Assembly (NCBI RefSeq): GCF_036971445.1
Contig: NC_091469.1
Span: forward strand, 446,834,001 to 446,898,000
Length of the DNA: 64,000 nt
Source of the DNA: Narcine bancroftii
Lineage: Eukaryota
Direction of reading: 5' to 3'
Below are positions 13,462-26,200 of the stretch, in pieces; the first letter of the stretch is position 1, and every line of letters begins with the position of its first letter. The translations under genes were made by a program, and so were the position numbers. The notes beneath the pieces were generated by a model that was not told the origin of the DNA, made no database searches, and saw only the letters and a program-made list of their open reading frames with translations.

Positions 13462-13827
13462 CTACTGTGCAACTGTGGAAATAAACTTTTGGATGCCATT
13501 TGGCCTGTTCAAACAGTCAGTGGATTGCTTGTTTGGCTTTAGTGAATCCAACAAAAATTTAATCCTTTCACTAGCTGGCTGCCGTCTCCTCTTTTTGCTC
13601 CTTGCCGGAGATAACTTGGAGTTAGGAAGAAGCAGGGCCGTCAATCCCCAAGGGTTTGCCTTCGGGTGTTTTAGACCTTCCTGCTGTAAGATCCAGGCAC
13701 TCTCTCTAGCTGCTGTCACAAATCTATCCAGCTGGGTTTGATTGACATTCTTGCTAACGTTGAGTGCCTGTTCAAATGGATTCTGGATGTGTAGTGGCGA
13801 TGCTTCAGGTTTATTTTGTTCTTTTCC
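13462..13827 (-). CDS. MTPAP: MTPAP terminal coding exon 9
   Basis: tag|GKEQNKPEASPLHIQNPFEQALNVSKNV...ARESAWILQQE...PWGL...; TAG stop at 13464-13462. Confidence 0.96.
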   Translation of the reverse strand, partial: GKEQNKPEASPLHIQNPFEQALNVSKNVNQTQLDRFVTAARESAWILQQEGLKHPKANPWGLTALLLPNSKLSPARSKKRRRQPASERIKFLLDSLKPNKQSTDCLNRPNGIQKFISTVAQ

Positions 13828-14124
13828 CTAGAATCATTGCAGGGGAAAAAAGAAAAAACTTACAACATCTATAATATTTAATATTATCCAAAACACAAAA
13901 AAAAACATTATTGACATATGGATCTTAAAATATTATCCAGTACTTCAGTCTGTAGATTTATTTCTGCCTTGTGTAAGGGAACAGCCAATGGCATCATGAA
14001 TTAAGCCTCTACTTCCTCAGGACTTTGCGGAGGAGCTAGTGGAGTTGTTCAAGTGAACCGGCACGGACTTGAAGGGCCGACATGGCCTGTTTCCGTGCTG
14101 TAAACGGTTATATGGTTAAAATTT

Positions 14125-14375
14125 AGAAATACAGCACTGTAACAGGCCAATTTGGCCCAATGAGTCCATTCCACCCAATTTGCACCCCATTAACTTACAC
14201 CCTGATATGTTTTAGAAGGGTGGGAGGAAACCGGAATCTCCGGAGAAAACCCACGCAGACATGGGGAGAGCATACAAACTCCTTACAGACAGCACAGGAT
14301 TTGAACCTAGGTCTGGTTCCGATAGCTGATGCTGTAAAGTTGTTGTGCTAACTGCAAAGCCAACCATCCTGCCCT
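14125..14375 (-). mobile_element. HE1/V-SINE-like SINE
   Basis: Same core as the 11.5-kb copy. Confidence 0.75.
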
Positions 14376-15765
14376 GTAGATGTGAAGATGAGAGCAAAGA
14401 CCCAACTGCATCATGAACTTCCAAAACTGCAGAACTTCCAGTCTAAATTAATTCATAAATATTAAATTTGACTTAACATAATTAATAATTAGATTCTCTT
14501 TTTACACTCTTGATCAAAAGCAATAACAAGACATCTTGTAATCCATGTTTATTTACATATTTCAAAAGAGAAAATGCTCAACTTAAAGCAAAATCCTGAA
14601 GTAGCATTGTATAAATAAATTGAACTATTGCCCAAAATGAACTGGCTGCTCTGTGGAATTTGAAGCTTGTTTAAATATTAAGGTGTAGGCTTTTAGGACA
14701 TTCAAACACTAGACATTATCTAATGGACCCACAGTTCACTCCCAACTATTATCACAGCTTGTCACAGCATTCTTTGTGCAAACCCACATACAGCTTCTGG
14801 ATGCACCTAAAATCAAGCACTAAACAAAGGCTCCATCGCACCCTCAATTTTATTGCAGAATCATCTGCAGTTAGTTACATGTTTCAAATATTTAAAAATT
14901 AGAGTTGCTCGTTTTTTCTAACATTTTGTTAGGTTCATTCTTTTCTACTTTATTTTTTAAATAATGCTGGGCTCCTGCCCAGCTGCAGGAGCAGTGTCAG
15001 AGGACTAGAGCATTGATAGCATTATACCATAATTTAAAAAGGATGGAAGGAAATTAGCAGATAATTAGTTAAAATTCAGTTCTGGGTTGGGGTTGGGGGG
15101 GGGGGGGGAAATTCATTAGAATCAATTCAAGACAGATTAAATCTTTACTTAAAAAGTTCACTGATTGTCATGGAGAACCAGTGTGAATTTGTTATGGGAA
15201 GATTGGTATTTGAACTTCAGTGAATGTTTAAAGGCAGTAATAAGGAAGGATTATGAGGACATTGTGTTTAATGCATCTTACATGGGTTTCAGCAAGGATT
15301 CTTACAAACTTCCTCATTTAAGACAAAAGGATGCCATGGGAAAGTGGTACATTGGATCTACAGGGAGCAATACGTAATGGTTTGTGGAAGGTTGGTATGA
15401 GTGGATTCCAAGAGCCTCAGCAATCAATTCCTTATGGTTATAGGTTATGCCCAATGATTTAGATCTGAACATAAGGTATCTAATAAAAGTTTAAAAATGA
15501 TACAAGAAAAATCAAGTTTGTTTTCAAATTATGGTTGCCTGCAAGTGAAGATGAGAGCAAGTGTTCAATTGTATGGCTTTGGATACTCGGGATTAATCTA
15601 GCTATGACTTGTCTAGCTCAATGCTGTCCTTGTGATTCATATAAACTCCCAAAACCAATTATTTTGATGTTCCACAATCTTACTAAAAGTTCCATTATAA
15701 CAATGTTGCAATATCAAGCAAACAGATCACAGGGATCATCAAAACAAAGCTGCCAAGCTACTAAC

Positions 15766-15839
15766 CTTTCTGATGTCGATAGACATTCTATTAAAAGCAA
15801 AGGAGCCATAAAATTCAAAGAATTCTTGTAGGAGTTCCT
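15766..15839 (-). CDS. MTPAP: MTPAP coding exon 8 (PAP-associated domain)
   Basis: ttgcag|ELLQEFFEFYGSFAFNRMSIDIRK|gttag; 74 nt; follows an 86-nt intron. Confidence 0.94.
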
Positions 15840-15925
15840 CTGCAAAGAAATTTTATTTGAAAATTATTTGATTTGCAAACCATAACTACACAGTACTTCA
15901 TCTGACCAATTCCACATCATCTTAC

Positions 15926-16015
15926 CCAGAGTCTCTGTGTTTTGAGAAGGCTTCATTTTAATATCGGAAACAAATGTGCAGTCGTGATTATCAATGATAT
16001 GCTTATCTTTTTCTT
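15926..16015 (-). CDS. MTPAP: MTPAP coding exon 7
   Basis: EKDKHIIDNHDCTFVSDIKMKPSQNTETL|gtaag; 90 nt. Confidence 0.94.
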
Positions 16016-16519
16016 CTAAAAAAGAACAAATCAGTGTCATTATCAGTGGTACAATTATTACAGAATATAGGAAAAGTGCAGGGAAGACTAATGACAATCC
16101 AGGTTCCAGTTAATCCTTTAAAAAGTCCAATGAGCCAAACGAAATTTTCCTGTACGAAAAATTCAACCATTTTTTCAAGGCCCTTACACATCAAAAAACA
16201 ATTGCAATGAATTAGTAAAGCATTAGTCCTTTTAAAATTAATCCACAAATTAATAGGCATGATAAACTAGGGAGAGTGGAAAGTAAGAGAGTGGAGTGCA
16301 ATAATCCATTCCTATTTTCTATGTTTGCCAACAATACTAAACTGGGTTGTAAGGAGTTGAATGCGATTTAGACAAGTGGGCAAATATATTGTAGAAGCAA
16401 TAAAATATGAATAATTGCAAAGTTATCCACTTTCAGCATGAAAACACTGAAATGCAGAAAATTAATTAAATGGTAATATTGGTGTACTTATGCACTGGTC
16501 ACAAAAAGCAAATATGAAG

Positions 16520-17350
16520 ATAGAATGCATTGTGGACAGCGAGGAAGGCTTTCAGAGGGATCTAGACCAGCTGCAAAAATGGGCTGAAAAATAGCTGATG
16601 GAATTTAATGCAGAAAAATGCGAGGTGTTACATTTTGAAAGGTATATGTTAGGGCACTGAGGAGTGCGGTAGAATAGAGGGCTTCGGGAATAGATACGTA
16701 ATTCCCTGAGAGTGGTGTCTCAGGTAGATAGATTTGTAAAGATAGCTTTTGGCATATTGGCCTCCGTAAATCCAAGTATTGAACATAGAAGTTGGGATAT
16801 TATGGTAAAATTGTACAAGACATTGGTGAGGCCAAATTTGGAGTATTGTGCACAGTTTTGGTCACCAAACTGCAGGAAAGTATCAATAAGATAAAAAGAG
16901 AAGATTTACTAGGATGTTGCTGGGGCTTCAGGAACTGAGTTACAGGTAAAGCTTCAACAGGGAGGGACTTTATTCCTTGGCGTGTAGAAGAATGAGGGGG
17001 TTGAGGTACCAGGTATCTGAAATTATGAGGGGTCTGGACAGAGTAAATCAGCTTTTTCCACTGAGGGTAGGTGAGATACAAACCAGAGGACATGGGTTAA
17101 GGGTGAAAAAGGAAAAGTTTAGCAGGAACATTAGGGAGAACTTCTTACCACAGAGAATGGTAGGTGGAATGAAGTACCAGCTGAAATGGTGAATACAGGC
17201 TCAATTTTAATTTATAAAAAGAAGTTGGACAGATACGTTGATTGAAGGGTATGGAGGGCTATGGTTGGAGTGCAGGTCAGTGGGACTAGGGAGAATAATA
17301 GTTTGGCATGGACAAGAAGGGCCTGTTTATGTCCTGCATTATTCTACACC
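16520..17350 (+). mobile_element. CR1 LINE 3' fragment
   Basis: LYKTLVRPNLEYCAQFWSP. Confidence 0.85.
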
Positions 17351-18359
17351 TAACAATCCAGTTATCTACAGGGTTGATGAAAGTGGGACAGCTTTGCTGG
17401 ACTATGCATCCCATTTTTAGTATGAAGGAATTTAAGATGTTTATATCCAGATATCATCCTTGCAAAACCTGAACCATAGAAGCAGGCCATAAATGATGTG
17501 TGATACTACTGGCTAACTAACACTTCAATGAGGCAGCATTTCTTGTGAAAAAGGCATTAACCCACTCCCAAGTGTCTTGCCTCAAACTGAATTGTGCCAC
17601 ACAACCAGCACTAATCAGAAATCATAGATGGACACAGAAGTTTTTCCACATTCAGAGCTAGGGATGCAGCCTTCAGAACAGGAGAAAAGATGGCACTAAG
17701 ATCAGCCAAGGCTGAAATCTCCCATGCAATCAGGAAGGCAAAGTGTGGATAGTCACAGAAGATCCACAATCAACTGTGCCACAGTGGCAACATGAGGCCC
17801 ACAAGGCAAGGGATGAAAACAATAGCAGGTGACAAGACAACCTTGGGAGTCAATGATAACAACATCTCCCTTCCTGATAGACAGAACATCTTCTACACAT
17901 AGTTCTACGAGAAGAGTAGGCTTAGGCCAAAGAAAGCTCTGTCTACCAGAGAAGAACAGGCTCCTTTTATAGCTGAAGCTGAAGTGAGGAGAATCATATC
18001 CAAAATGAACCCACACTAGGAAGCCTCTGTGAAGCAATCTGATTTGCTTGTTAATGCTAAAAACTGAGTTTGACATTATCAATGTTTAATCTTCTTACTT
18101 TGCTTTTACTGTTTTCTGTGAACTTTTCAATCCAAAGTGGCAATGGAGTGCGGGAACATTTTTGCAATGACTGGATAAGCTTCTTTGAGTTGTTCTAACT
18201 GACTACATAACGATAAACTAAACTCTAAATATTAAAGAACATTTTGAGGATTGTTGATAAAGAATAGGGCCACTGTCGCAAGAATGCATAGCTCTTTTAG
18301 AAAAGCAACAATCAACCTACTGAAACGCTTGATAAAGAGCATTATATTGTTTACATTAC

Positions 18360-18586
18360 CTGCTTGGTCCTTTAGTTGGTCTAGTGTTGGGATGATTGGT
18401 GGACTTCTCTTCTGCAGCAGGAAAAGAACCATCATGGTCAAGGAGAAATTAGTGATCCAAGCACCAGGAATTCTACTGGTGATACCCTGAACACGAGCCC
18501 AACATCGAATGCCAAACACCAGGGCCCGTACCCGAGGGTCCATATTAGAATAAATATAAAGGAGTTCTGTGCTTTTCATAGCAATT
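18360..18586 (-). CDS. MTPAP: MTPAP coding exon 6
   Basis: [12 protein letters not shown]...[14 protein letters not shown]...[15 protein letters not shown]...[10 protein letters not shown]|gtaatg; 227 nt. Confidence 0.97.
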
Positions 18587-18659
18587 CTGTACAAAAATAT
18601 AAAGGTTCAGTGAGACATTAAGAACTAATAATCAACATCCATCTCCAAATCATTATCTG

Positions 18660-19315
18660 CTCTGTCACTCTAGTTCCCATCCCCCTTCCAATCTAGTTTA
18701 AACCCCCTGGAGCAGCATTGACAAATCTACCACAAGGATGTTAGTCCCCCTCCAGTTCAGGTGCAAACTATCCCATCGGAACAGGTCCCACATTCCCTGG
18801 AACAGAGCCCAATTGTCCAGAAACATGAAGCCCTCCCTCCTGCACCATCTCTTTAGCTGAATTAACTTCTTATTTCTAGCCTCAGTAGCACGTGGCATGG
18901 GTAGCATGGGAGATCACAACCCTGGAGGTCCTGTCCTTCAATTTTGCACCTAACTCCCTAAGCTCTCTTTACAGGATCTCCTCACTCCTTCTACCCACAT
19001 CATTGCTCCCTACTTGACCCACGACATCTGGCTGTTCACCCTCCCTCCTGAGAATACCAAGAACTTGATCCGAGATCTCATGGACCCTGGTAACAATAAG
19101 ATAACAGACCATCTGGGATTCTCAATCTCTCCCACAGAACCTCTTCTCTGTCCCCCTAACTATTGAATTCCCCCATCACTACTGCGCTCCTCTTCTCTCT
19201 CCTTCCTTTCTGAGCTGGGGATCCAGGCTCAGTGTCAAGAGACTTGACCACTACAACTTGTCCCTGGTAGGTCATCCCCACCAACAGTATTCAAAATGGC
19301 ATACTTATTGTTGAT
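18660..19315 (-). mobile_element. CR1 ORF1 (SGNH esterase-like) fragment
   Basis: WCRREGFMFLDNWALFQG..DLFRWDSLHLNWRG. Confidence 0.75.
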
Positions 19316-19539
19316 AATTCAAAGTCACTTTTGAGTTTCATATATAGCCTTCAGAAAGGACACTGACACTGATTCACTTGCAATGGTTTACAATAATCAC
19401 TGTGGAGCAACAACTGCTTACCAGCTCCAAACATCTGCCATGAGAAAAGTTACTGAGGAAAATGAACAGAGTCAAGTGGTAATACAGATAACAGAAATAA
19501 AATAAAACCTGCATATACCTTGTCTTTGGCATTGCTCAC

Positions 19540-19751
19540 CTATTATTGGCAGTGAGATCACACTGAAATCCTGAAGGCTGATGAGAAAACCGCACCAATG
19601 GGCACCGAGCATTGAGTATTTTTTGCATTCCTGTACATCCTGGGACAAATTGATCAATGCACTCTCCTATCACTGAAAGGATGCTTTGTGTGGCCACCCG
19701 TTCTGATGCCACCCTTTTTGTTTGGTACTCCATGGAGAAGGTACCTTCTGG
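19540..19751 (-). CDS. MTPAP: MTPAP coding exon 5
   Basis: gtttag|[10 protein letters not shown]...[28 protein letters not shown]|gtgagc; 212 nt; includes the third catalytic Asp. Confidence 0.96.
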
Positions 19752-19939
19752 CTAAACAAGAAGAAAACTAGTTGGCAAATGGCAATGCTTTGGTCAGGCT
19801 TGAAACTTCTAACAATGTGCATGAACTTTTGATTCCTTTGATCACACACACCAGATCTCATTCTATTGTAAGTGCAGCCCATACTTACTATAAAGAGCCA
19901 CAAAGGCAGGAATTGACTTTCCTACCTGAAAACAAATTC

Positions 19940-20476
19940 TGAAAAAAACACACAAAATGGTGGAGAAAGTCAGCCTTTATGTAGCAACGGTAAAGATAGA
20001 TCACCAACGTTTCGGGCTTGAGCCCTTCATCAAGGTGTGGGGGAACATGAGAGATGTCCGAACAAAAGGGGGGGGGGTAGATGGTGAGGGTCGGAGATGA
20101 TAGGTCAGGGGGAGAGGGCGGGGGGGGGGGAAGACTGCAGGAAGTAGGGGAGGTATCTAGGCTAGGTGGAGTGAGAAAGGAAGTAGGAACTGGAATGACT
20201 GGTTAAAAGGGGAGATGGGGGAAAAGGCAAGGTAATTCATGGAATACTGGAGTTGGGAGTGTCCAGAGAAAAATGACGTGTTATTCCTCCAATCTGCAGC
20301 TGGACAGTGGTGGGGTAGTGTGAAAGGCCATGGACAGACATAAGCCTGAGAGTACGACTCAGAATTGAAATGGGTTGGCTATGGGGAGGTCACTTTTGTG
20401 GCGGACGGAGAGGAAGTTCTGTGCAAAGCAATCTCCTAATCTACGACCAGTCTCTCCGATGTATAGAAGGCCACAA
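19940..20476 (-). mobile_element. Penelope-like element 3' end (GIY-YIG remnant plus pLTR)
   Basis: Minus-strand translation of 20401-20475 is CGLLYIGETGRRLGDCFAQ, followed by a pyrimidine-rich tract and a hammerhead motif. Confidence 0.85.
20002..20037 (-). ncRNA. Minimal type-I hammerhead ribozyme-like motif of the Penelope pLTR
   Basis: CACC-UUGAUGA-A-GGGC(UCAA)GCCC-GAA-ACGUU-GGUG: stem I CACC/GGUG, stem II GGGC/GCCC, palindromic AACGUU in place of stem III; core has U instead of C at position 3. Confidence 0.7.
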
Positions 20477-21289
20477 ATTCTGATTCATTCTCAGTAGCTT
20501 CAAGTAATATAACAACTTAACAAGGGGATAAAACATTGTGCATTGTTATATAATATTTCTACCTTTACAATAATGTTAAGCATTTCAATAATTGGAAGCA
20601 ATTTCAAATTGAATTATTTATACATGCTAATTTTGCCACAGAGATATTCATGAATATCGATCAACCAAGAGAGCTTCTTTAGCAAAGTAATGGAATTCCA
20701 CAATATCATATTTTATTTTCCTTTATGTGACCAATTTCTTTCAATGGAGCAATGCTCTGCAATATTTCAAGCAGATGTCCAGTAGGCTAAATAACTAAAA
20801 TTTCACACAATGGATGATGTAACTGTACACTCATTCTTGGCATCTACCTCTTCAAAAATCATAAACAGATAGATCTAAAGGAAAGCCCAAGGTAATGGGT
20901 TTTCAAATACATTTATGATTTACAGAATCTATTTAGGGAGTTCTCAATATAACCATATAACAATTACAGTATGGAAACAAGCCATTACAGCCCCTCTAGT
21001 CCACCCCGATTTAAGTGAACTCCACTAGTCCCACCTAGCTGCTCCCTCTCCATAACCCACCAGTCCCCTCACATCCATGTACTCATCCAACCCTCTCTTA
21101 AGTGACAAAATTGACCCTGCAGCAACCACCTCTTCTGGAAGGTCATTCCACTCAGCCACCACTCTGAGTGAAGAAGCTTCCTCTTATGTTACTTCTAAAG
21201 TTCTGCCCCCTAACCCATAACATGAACCCTCATTCCAATCTCACCTACCCTCAAGGGAAAAAGCCTGATCAAGTTATCTTTACAAATAT

Positions 21290-21840
21290 TTTTATAAAGC
21301 TTCATCTCTGATATTGATAGGGCTTTTTTGCGTGATGAATGCTTGCTGGCAGGATGAGCCTTGCAACTGTTTTTTGCCATTCTTGTCTCTGACAAAATCA
21401 AAGACCATCTCTGTAGCCTTCACTGCAGGTTGAGTACTTGTCAACTTCTGTCTGTATACAGGAAAGAGGAGCAAAAACAGGTGGTCCATCTTTCCAAAGT
21501 GTGGGCATGGAATGGAACAACAGGCATCCTAGATAAGTGTAGCAGTGGTTGAGAGTGTTCAATCCCTTGGAGTTGCAGGAGACACGCTGGTGGTAATTTG
21601 AAAGTATCTCCATTAGACTGGCCTGATTGAAGTCCCCACCAATAACTGAGAAGGCATCAGAATACGCTGCATGTTTGTTGATCACGGCGTGCAAATCCTC
21701 CAGTGCCAGCTGAACGTCTGCATGTGTAGGGATGTAGACTGCAATCAGTACAACGGAGATACATTCCCTCAGGAGATAGGAGTGGCACTTGAGTACCAGA
21801 TGTTCCAGATGAGGGAGCAGCCTGGGACAGATTGCCATGT
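21290..21840 (-). mobile_element. Rex1-like LINE endonuclease fragment
   Basis: LEHLVLKC..YL.RE...V.IAVYIP...GGDFNQASL. Confidence 0.75.
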
Positions 21841-22278
21841 CTGAGCATCACAAAGATTTAATCATAAAGATTACACTGCTGCTTTTTCCTTTATCTGAGG
21901 CCCATGCAAAAAACCTTTGGCTGAAAGATCGAGTCCAGGGAGTTGGTGGTGAGCCATCTCTCTGTGAAGCAGAGTATGGAACAAATCCCCATGTCTCTCT
22001 GGTACAGAAATTTTATTTCAATTTATTCTCCAGAGATTGCATATTGGCTAAAAAATATACTAGGAAGGGGTGAATCCCAAAATTTGAATGAACTTTGAAG
22101 TTGTTTGTTGATTACTGGGTATAAATTCTTCAGTGACAGCTTAACGTCTGTGCGTGGAGCGACGTACATTCCCTCAGGAAGTAGAAGGATTGCCACTTGA
22201 TGTGGTCTGTGTAGACTTTTACAAGGTTGCAAAAGAAAATAGTTTGGTGATAGAAGCAAAGGATGATGGTCAAGGGCT

Positions 22279-22336
22279 GCCTTTTGTGACAGGAAGTCTA
22301 TGACCTCGCCTTTTGTGACAGGAAGTCTATGACCTC
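22279..22336. repeat. Perfect 29-bp tandem duplication
   Basis: GCCTTTTGTGACAGGAAGTCTATGACCTC x2. Confidence 0.95.
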
Positions 22337-23215
22337 TGGTGTACTGTCTGTAAGCAGTACACCAAGCAGAAATTAATGCTTGGACCTATGATGTGCGTTT
22401 CAAAAATCAACCATTTGAATGTGAATGTAAGAAAGATGATCAGTATGTTATCATATGTTGTGAAAATTGTTGTTGTTGATAATAGAGGGTTAGTTTACAA
22501 CTGTAAAACATATTTCTCATGATATAATAGGATGCCATTCAAACTATATAGGCGTTGCCATTGCTCAGAGCTATTCTTTTATTTATCTCCCCCCAACTTG
22601 CAGAAGCCTGCTCTCTCTTTCCTATTCCAATCAATTACCTCCTAACACTAGATAAATTTATAGTAGCCAATTAACTTGCCCACAGGATTGAACACAGGTC
22701 TTGGGTACTGGGTGGCAGTGACTCAGTAATTCTGCCTCTATGCTAACCAAAAAGTATGCAGTTCTGGTTGCCAGAGGAGATTCTCAATTAAGGGTCACAA
22801 CCTGAAACAATGACTGACCATTTCTGCCCATGGATACTGCCTGACCTACAGATCCCCCAACAGCTCATTGTTTGCTCTCCATAGTGTTGCCTAGGATAGT
22901 CAGCAATCAAGAATGAAATGCAGAGGGTAGATAGTGACAATGTTTTCCCCTTGGCATGGTTGTTTATGCAGAGTGCATTACTTTCAGATGGGGTAGAAGA
23001 GTTACAAGGGATATGAGGAAGAATTTTTTCATTTAGATGATGGTTGAATTCTGTAAAGCATTTTTGTCTGAGGTGGTGGTGGTGAAAGCAGATATTCCCA
23101 CAGCACTTGTGTAGTTGGATGAACGCTTGAAGCACTCTGTTCTGGAAAATGAGGTATTTGATGGCCAACAATGACTGAAGGACCCATTTCTATCATGTAC
23201 AACTGTAGTATTCTT

Positions 23216-26200
23216 TTTTTATATTTTATTTTTGGTTTTCAAATATACATATTTTACATAAATAAAATAGTCTGCTTACAGCTTACACATAGAATATGTT
23301 TTTCTTAAAAATACAAATTTTTTCATAAATATCTGTATATTAATATCATAAATGTTATTTAAATATATTATCTTAACCAAACTTAAGTCAAATAAAACAA
23401 AATTTTCAAACAATAAACACTCTATTTCCACCCCCCCATACCCTTTAACACAAAAAATAGACGAATATTGGGTCCTTCCATCCACTGTTGGAGCTTACAA
23501 TCTACATTCTATTAAAAAAGATCTAAAATCGAAGGAAGACCATGAATTTACAGCAGCATTATTGTACTTGTGCAACAACATAATTCAAGTATGGTTGCCA
23601 GATCTTGAGGAATGTATTATATTAGTTTCTGATATTATATGTGATCTTTTCCATAGGTCCTAAACTGTCCATTTCTGATATCCATTGTGCCAGAGCAATC
23701 AGTGCATCTGACTTCCATGTAACTGCTACACATTTCTTGGCTACCACCAATGCAATCTTAATTAAAAAGATATTTGAAACTCTCTGAGGATATTGTTAAT
23801 CTCTATAAAATTTCCCAGTAAATATAGTTTGGGGTTACCTGGAAAGTTAACTCTGGTAATCCTTTCGAAGACTTCTGGTATTTCTTGCCAGAAAGAATGA
23901 ACTTTTGTGCATAACCATACAGAATTGAGAAATGTTCCTTCTTCTATTTCACGTCAAAAGCATCGATCTGATATGTCTGGGTTTGATTTGTGTAGTCTTT
24001 GTGGGGTAAAATATAATTGATGCAAAAAAGCCATGCTGCGCATTAATAATCGAGGTTACCCTTTCTTTGTTTTACTGTATTTGCTGCCAGATCTGCTTCC
24101 CAGCTTTCTTTTGATCTATGTAATCCAGGCTTTTTCACTTTCATTTGTAGGGCATAATATATTCAGGTAATAAATTTGGGTACATTACCCATCCATAATG
24201 TTTATTCCAATTCACTTACTTCCAGAGGAGTCGTCATTTCCCCAAATTTCTCTTAGAAAAACCCTTAATTGCAGATAACAAAGGAAAATACCTTTTGGAA
24301 TTCCATAGATTTGCTTCATTTGTTCAAATGACATTGAAATACTGTCTTTGTAGCAGTCCGCGATATGAGCGATCCCCTTTTGTAGCCATATATTTAGAAT
24401 CCTATTTCCCATTATCATAGGTAGAATCGGGTTATTACATAATGATGATCGTAACAAAATTCTAGTTTTCCTTCCTATATTGTTGTTAATATCCTGCCAA
24501 TTTTTTTTTTTAAACATATCAATATAGGATTTGAAGTCTTTTTCCTAATTAATTTTAAATTTCATTATAAAAAAAAATTTAATCACTGTTTCATCCATTC
24601 CTTGTAATCCCACATGCACCCATTTTGGTAGGTTTGTATTGAAAAAAGATGCCAAAAATCTTAATTGTGCAGCCAAATAATTTTTTTTAAATCTGGGAGT
24701 CGCAGTCTCCCTAGTTTATGATCCCATGTCAATTTTTCTAATGCTATTCTTGGTACTTTATTATTCCATCGGAATTGTCTTACTAAATTATTTGTCCAAA
24801 AAAACTTTTTTGGTAAATGTATTGATATCGACTGGAACAAATATTGAATTTTTGGCCTTATCTTCATTTTGACATAATTAACTCTACCTATTAGGGGCAG
24901 GTCCTTCCATTTTTGTTTCATTTTCACCAGCAGGGGAGAGTAGTTCAATTTGTACAAATTATTCAAATTGTTATCAAGCATAATTTCCAGATATTTGATC
25001 CCTTCATTTTTCCATTTGAGTATACTGCTTGCATATAATATGTATTATGTTAAACAATCTTGCCAGATTATTTGACGCATGTCTGCCTTTAACAAATCCC
25101 ACTTGATCTGTATGAATTAACACAGGTAAATACTATACTAACCTGTTCACCAGTGCTTTTTTATAATCTGCGTTTAACAGAGATGTTGGTCAATAGGAAG
25201 AAGTTTTAAGTGGATCTCTATTCTTTTTTTGGTAACATAGTAATTATTGCCATTGAGAAATATCTGTGTTATTACTACTTGTTCCATTATGTCCATGAAT
25301 AATGGCATTAACAAATCTTTAAATTTTTTGTAAAACTTGAGTGGAAATCCATCTTTGTCCAGGGCTTTATTAGCTTGAAGAGTTCCTAATACTTTCTCAA
25401 TTCCCTCCCTGGTAAAATTTAAATCCAATTCTTGTCTATCATTATCATTCAGTTTCGGGAGTTCCACAAAATCTAGAAATTCCTCTATTTCAGTCTCATC
25501 GGTGAGTCGGATTTATATAAATTTTTATATTGTTTGAATGTTTCATTTATTTCTTTCTGTATTGTTTTCCTTCTGTATAACATTTATAGCTCTTGCTGAT
25601 TCTGCAGCCATGCCAATATTTTATGTGCCCTTTCTCCCATTTTGTAATATTTCTGCTTTGTGTTTAATATTGTTTTTCTGCTTTGTATGTTTGTAAAGTG
25701 TTATATTGAATTTTCATATTTTCCATTGTTCTGCATTTGTCTTGTTCACCCGTTCTTTGATATTCTTTTTCTAATTCTCCTATTTCTTCCTCCAATTTAT
25801 TCACTTCAGCATTAAACTCTCTTTTAATCTTTTTTGTGTTGAAATGATTTGTCCTGATAGGTATGCCTTTAAAGTATCCCACATCAAAAAGCTATTGTCA
25901 GTTGATCCTAAATTTGTTTCACCAAAAATTTCAATCTGCTGTCTTATAAATTGTTTAAAATCCTCCCTTTTTAACAACAGTGTATTCAATCGCCACCGAT
26001 ACATAGTTTATTGTTTCTCTGGTATTTGTATTTTTAAGGTTAGTGGTGAATGATCCGAGTGTAATCTGGGTAGGGATTCAGTTTTTTCTACTCTATCCTT
26101 CAGACTCGATGATAGCAAAAAAAAGTCTGTTCTTGTATGTGAATCATACCCAGAGGGTGGTGAATCTGTGGAATTCATTGCCACAGAGGGAAGTAGAGGC

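Noticed and set aside
19744-19753. Alternative acceptors TAG/CCAG/AAG at MTPAP exon 5
   Set aside because: Only the TAG keeps the frame and matches the human alignment; no evidence the others are used.
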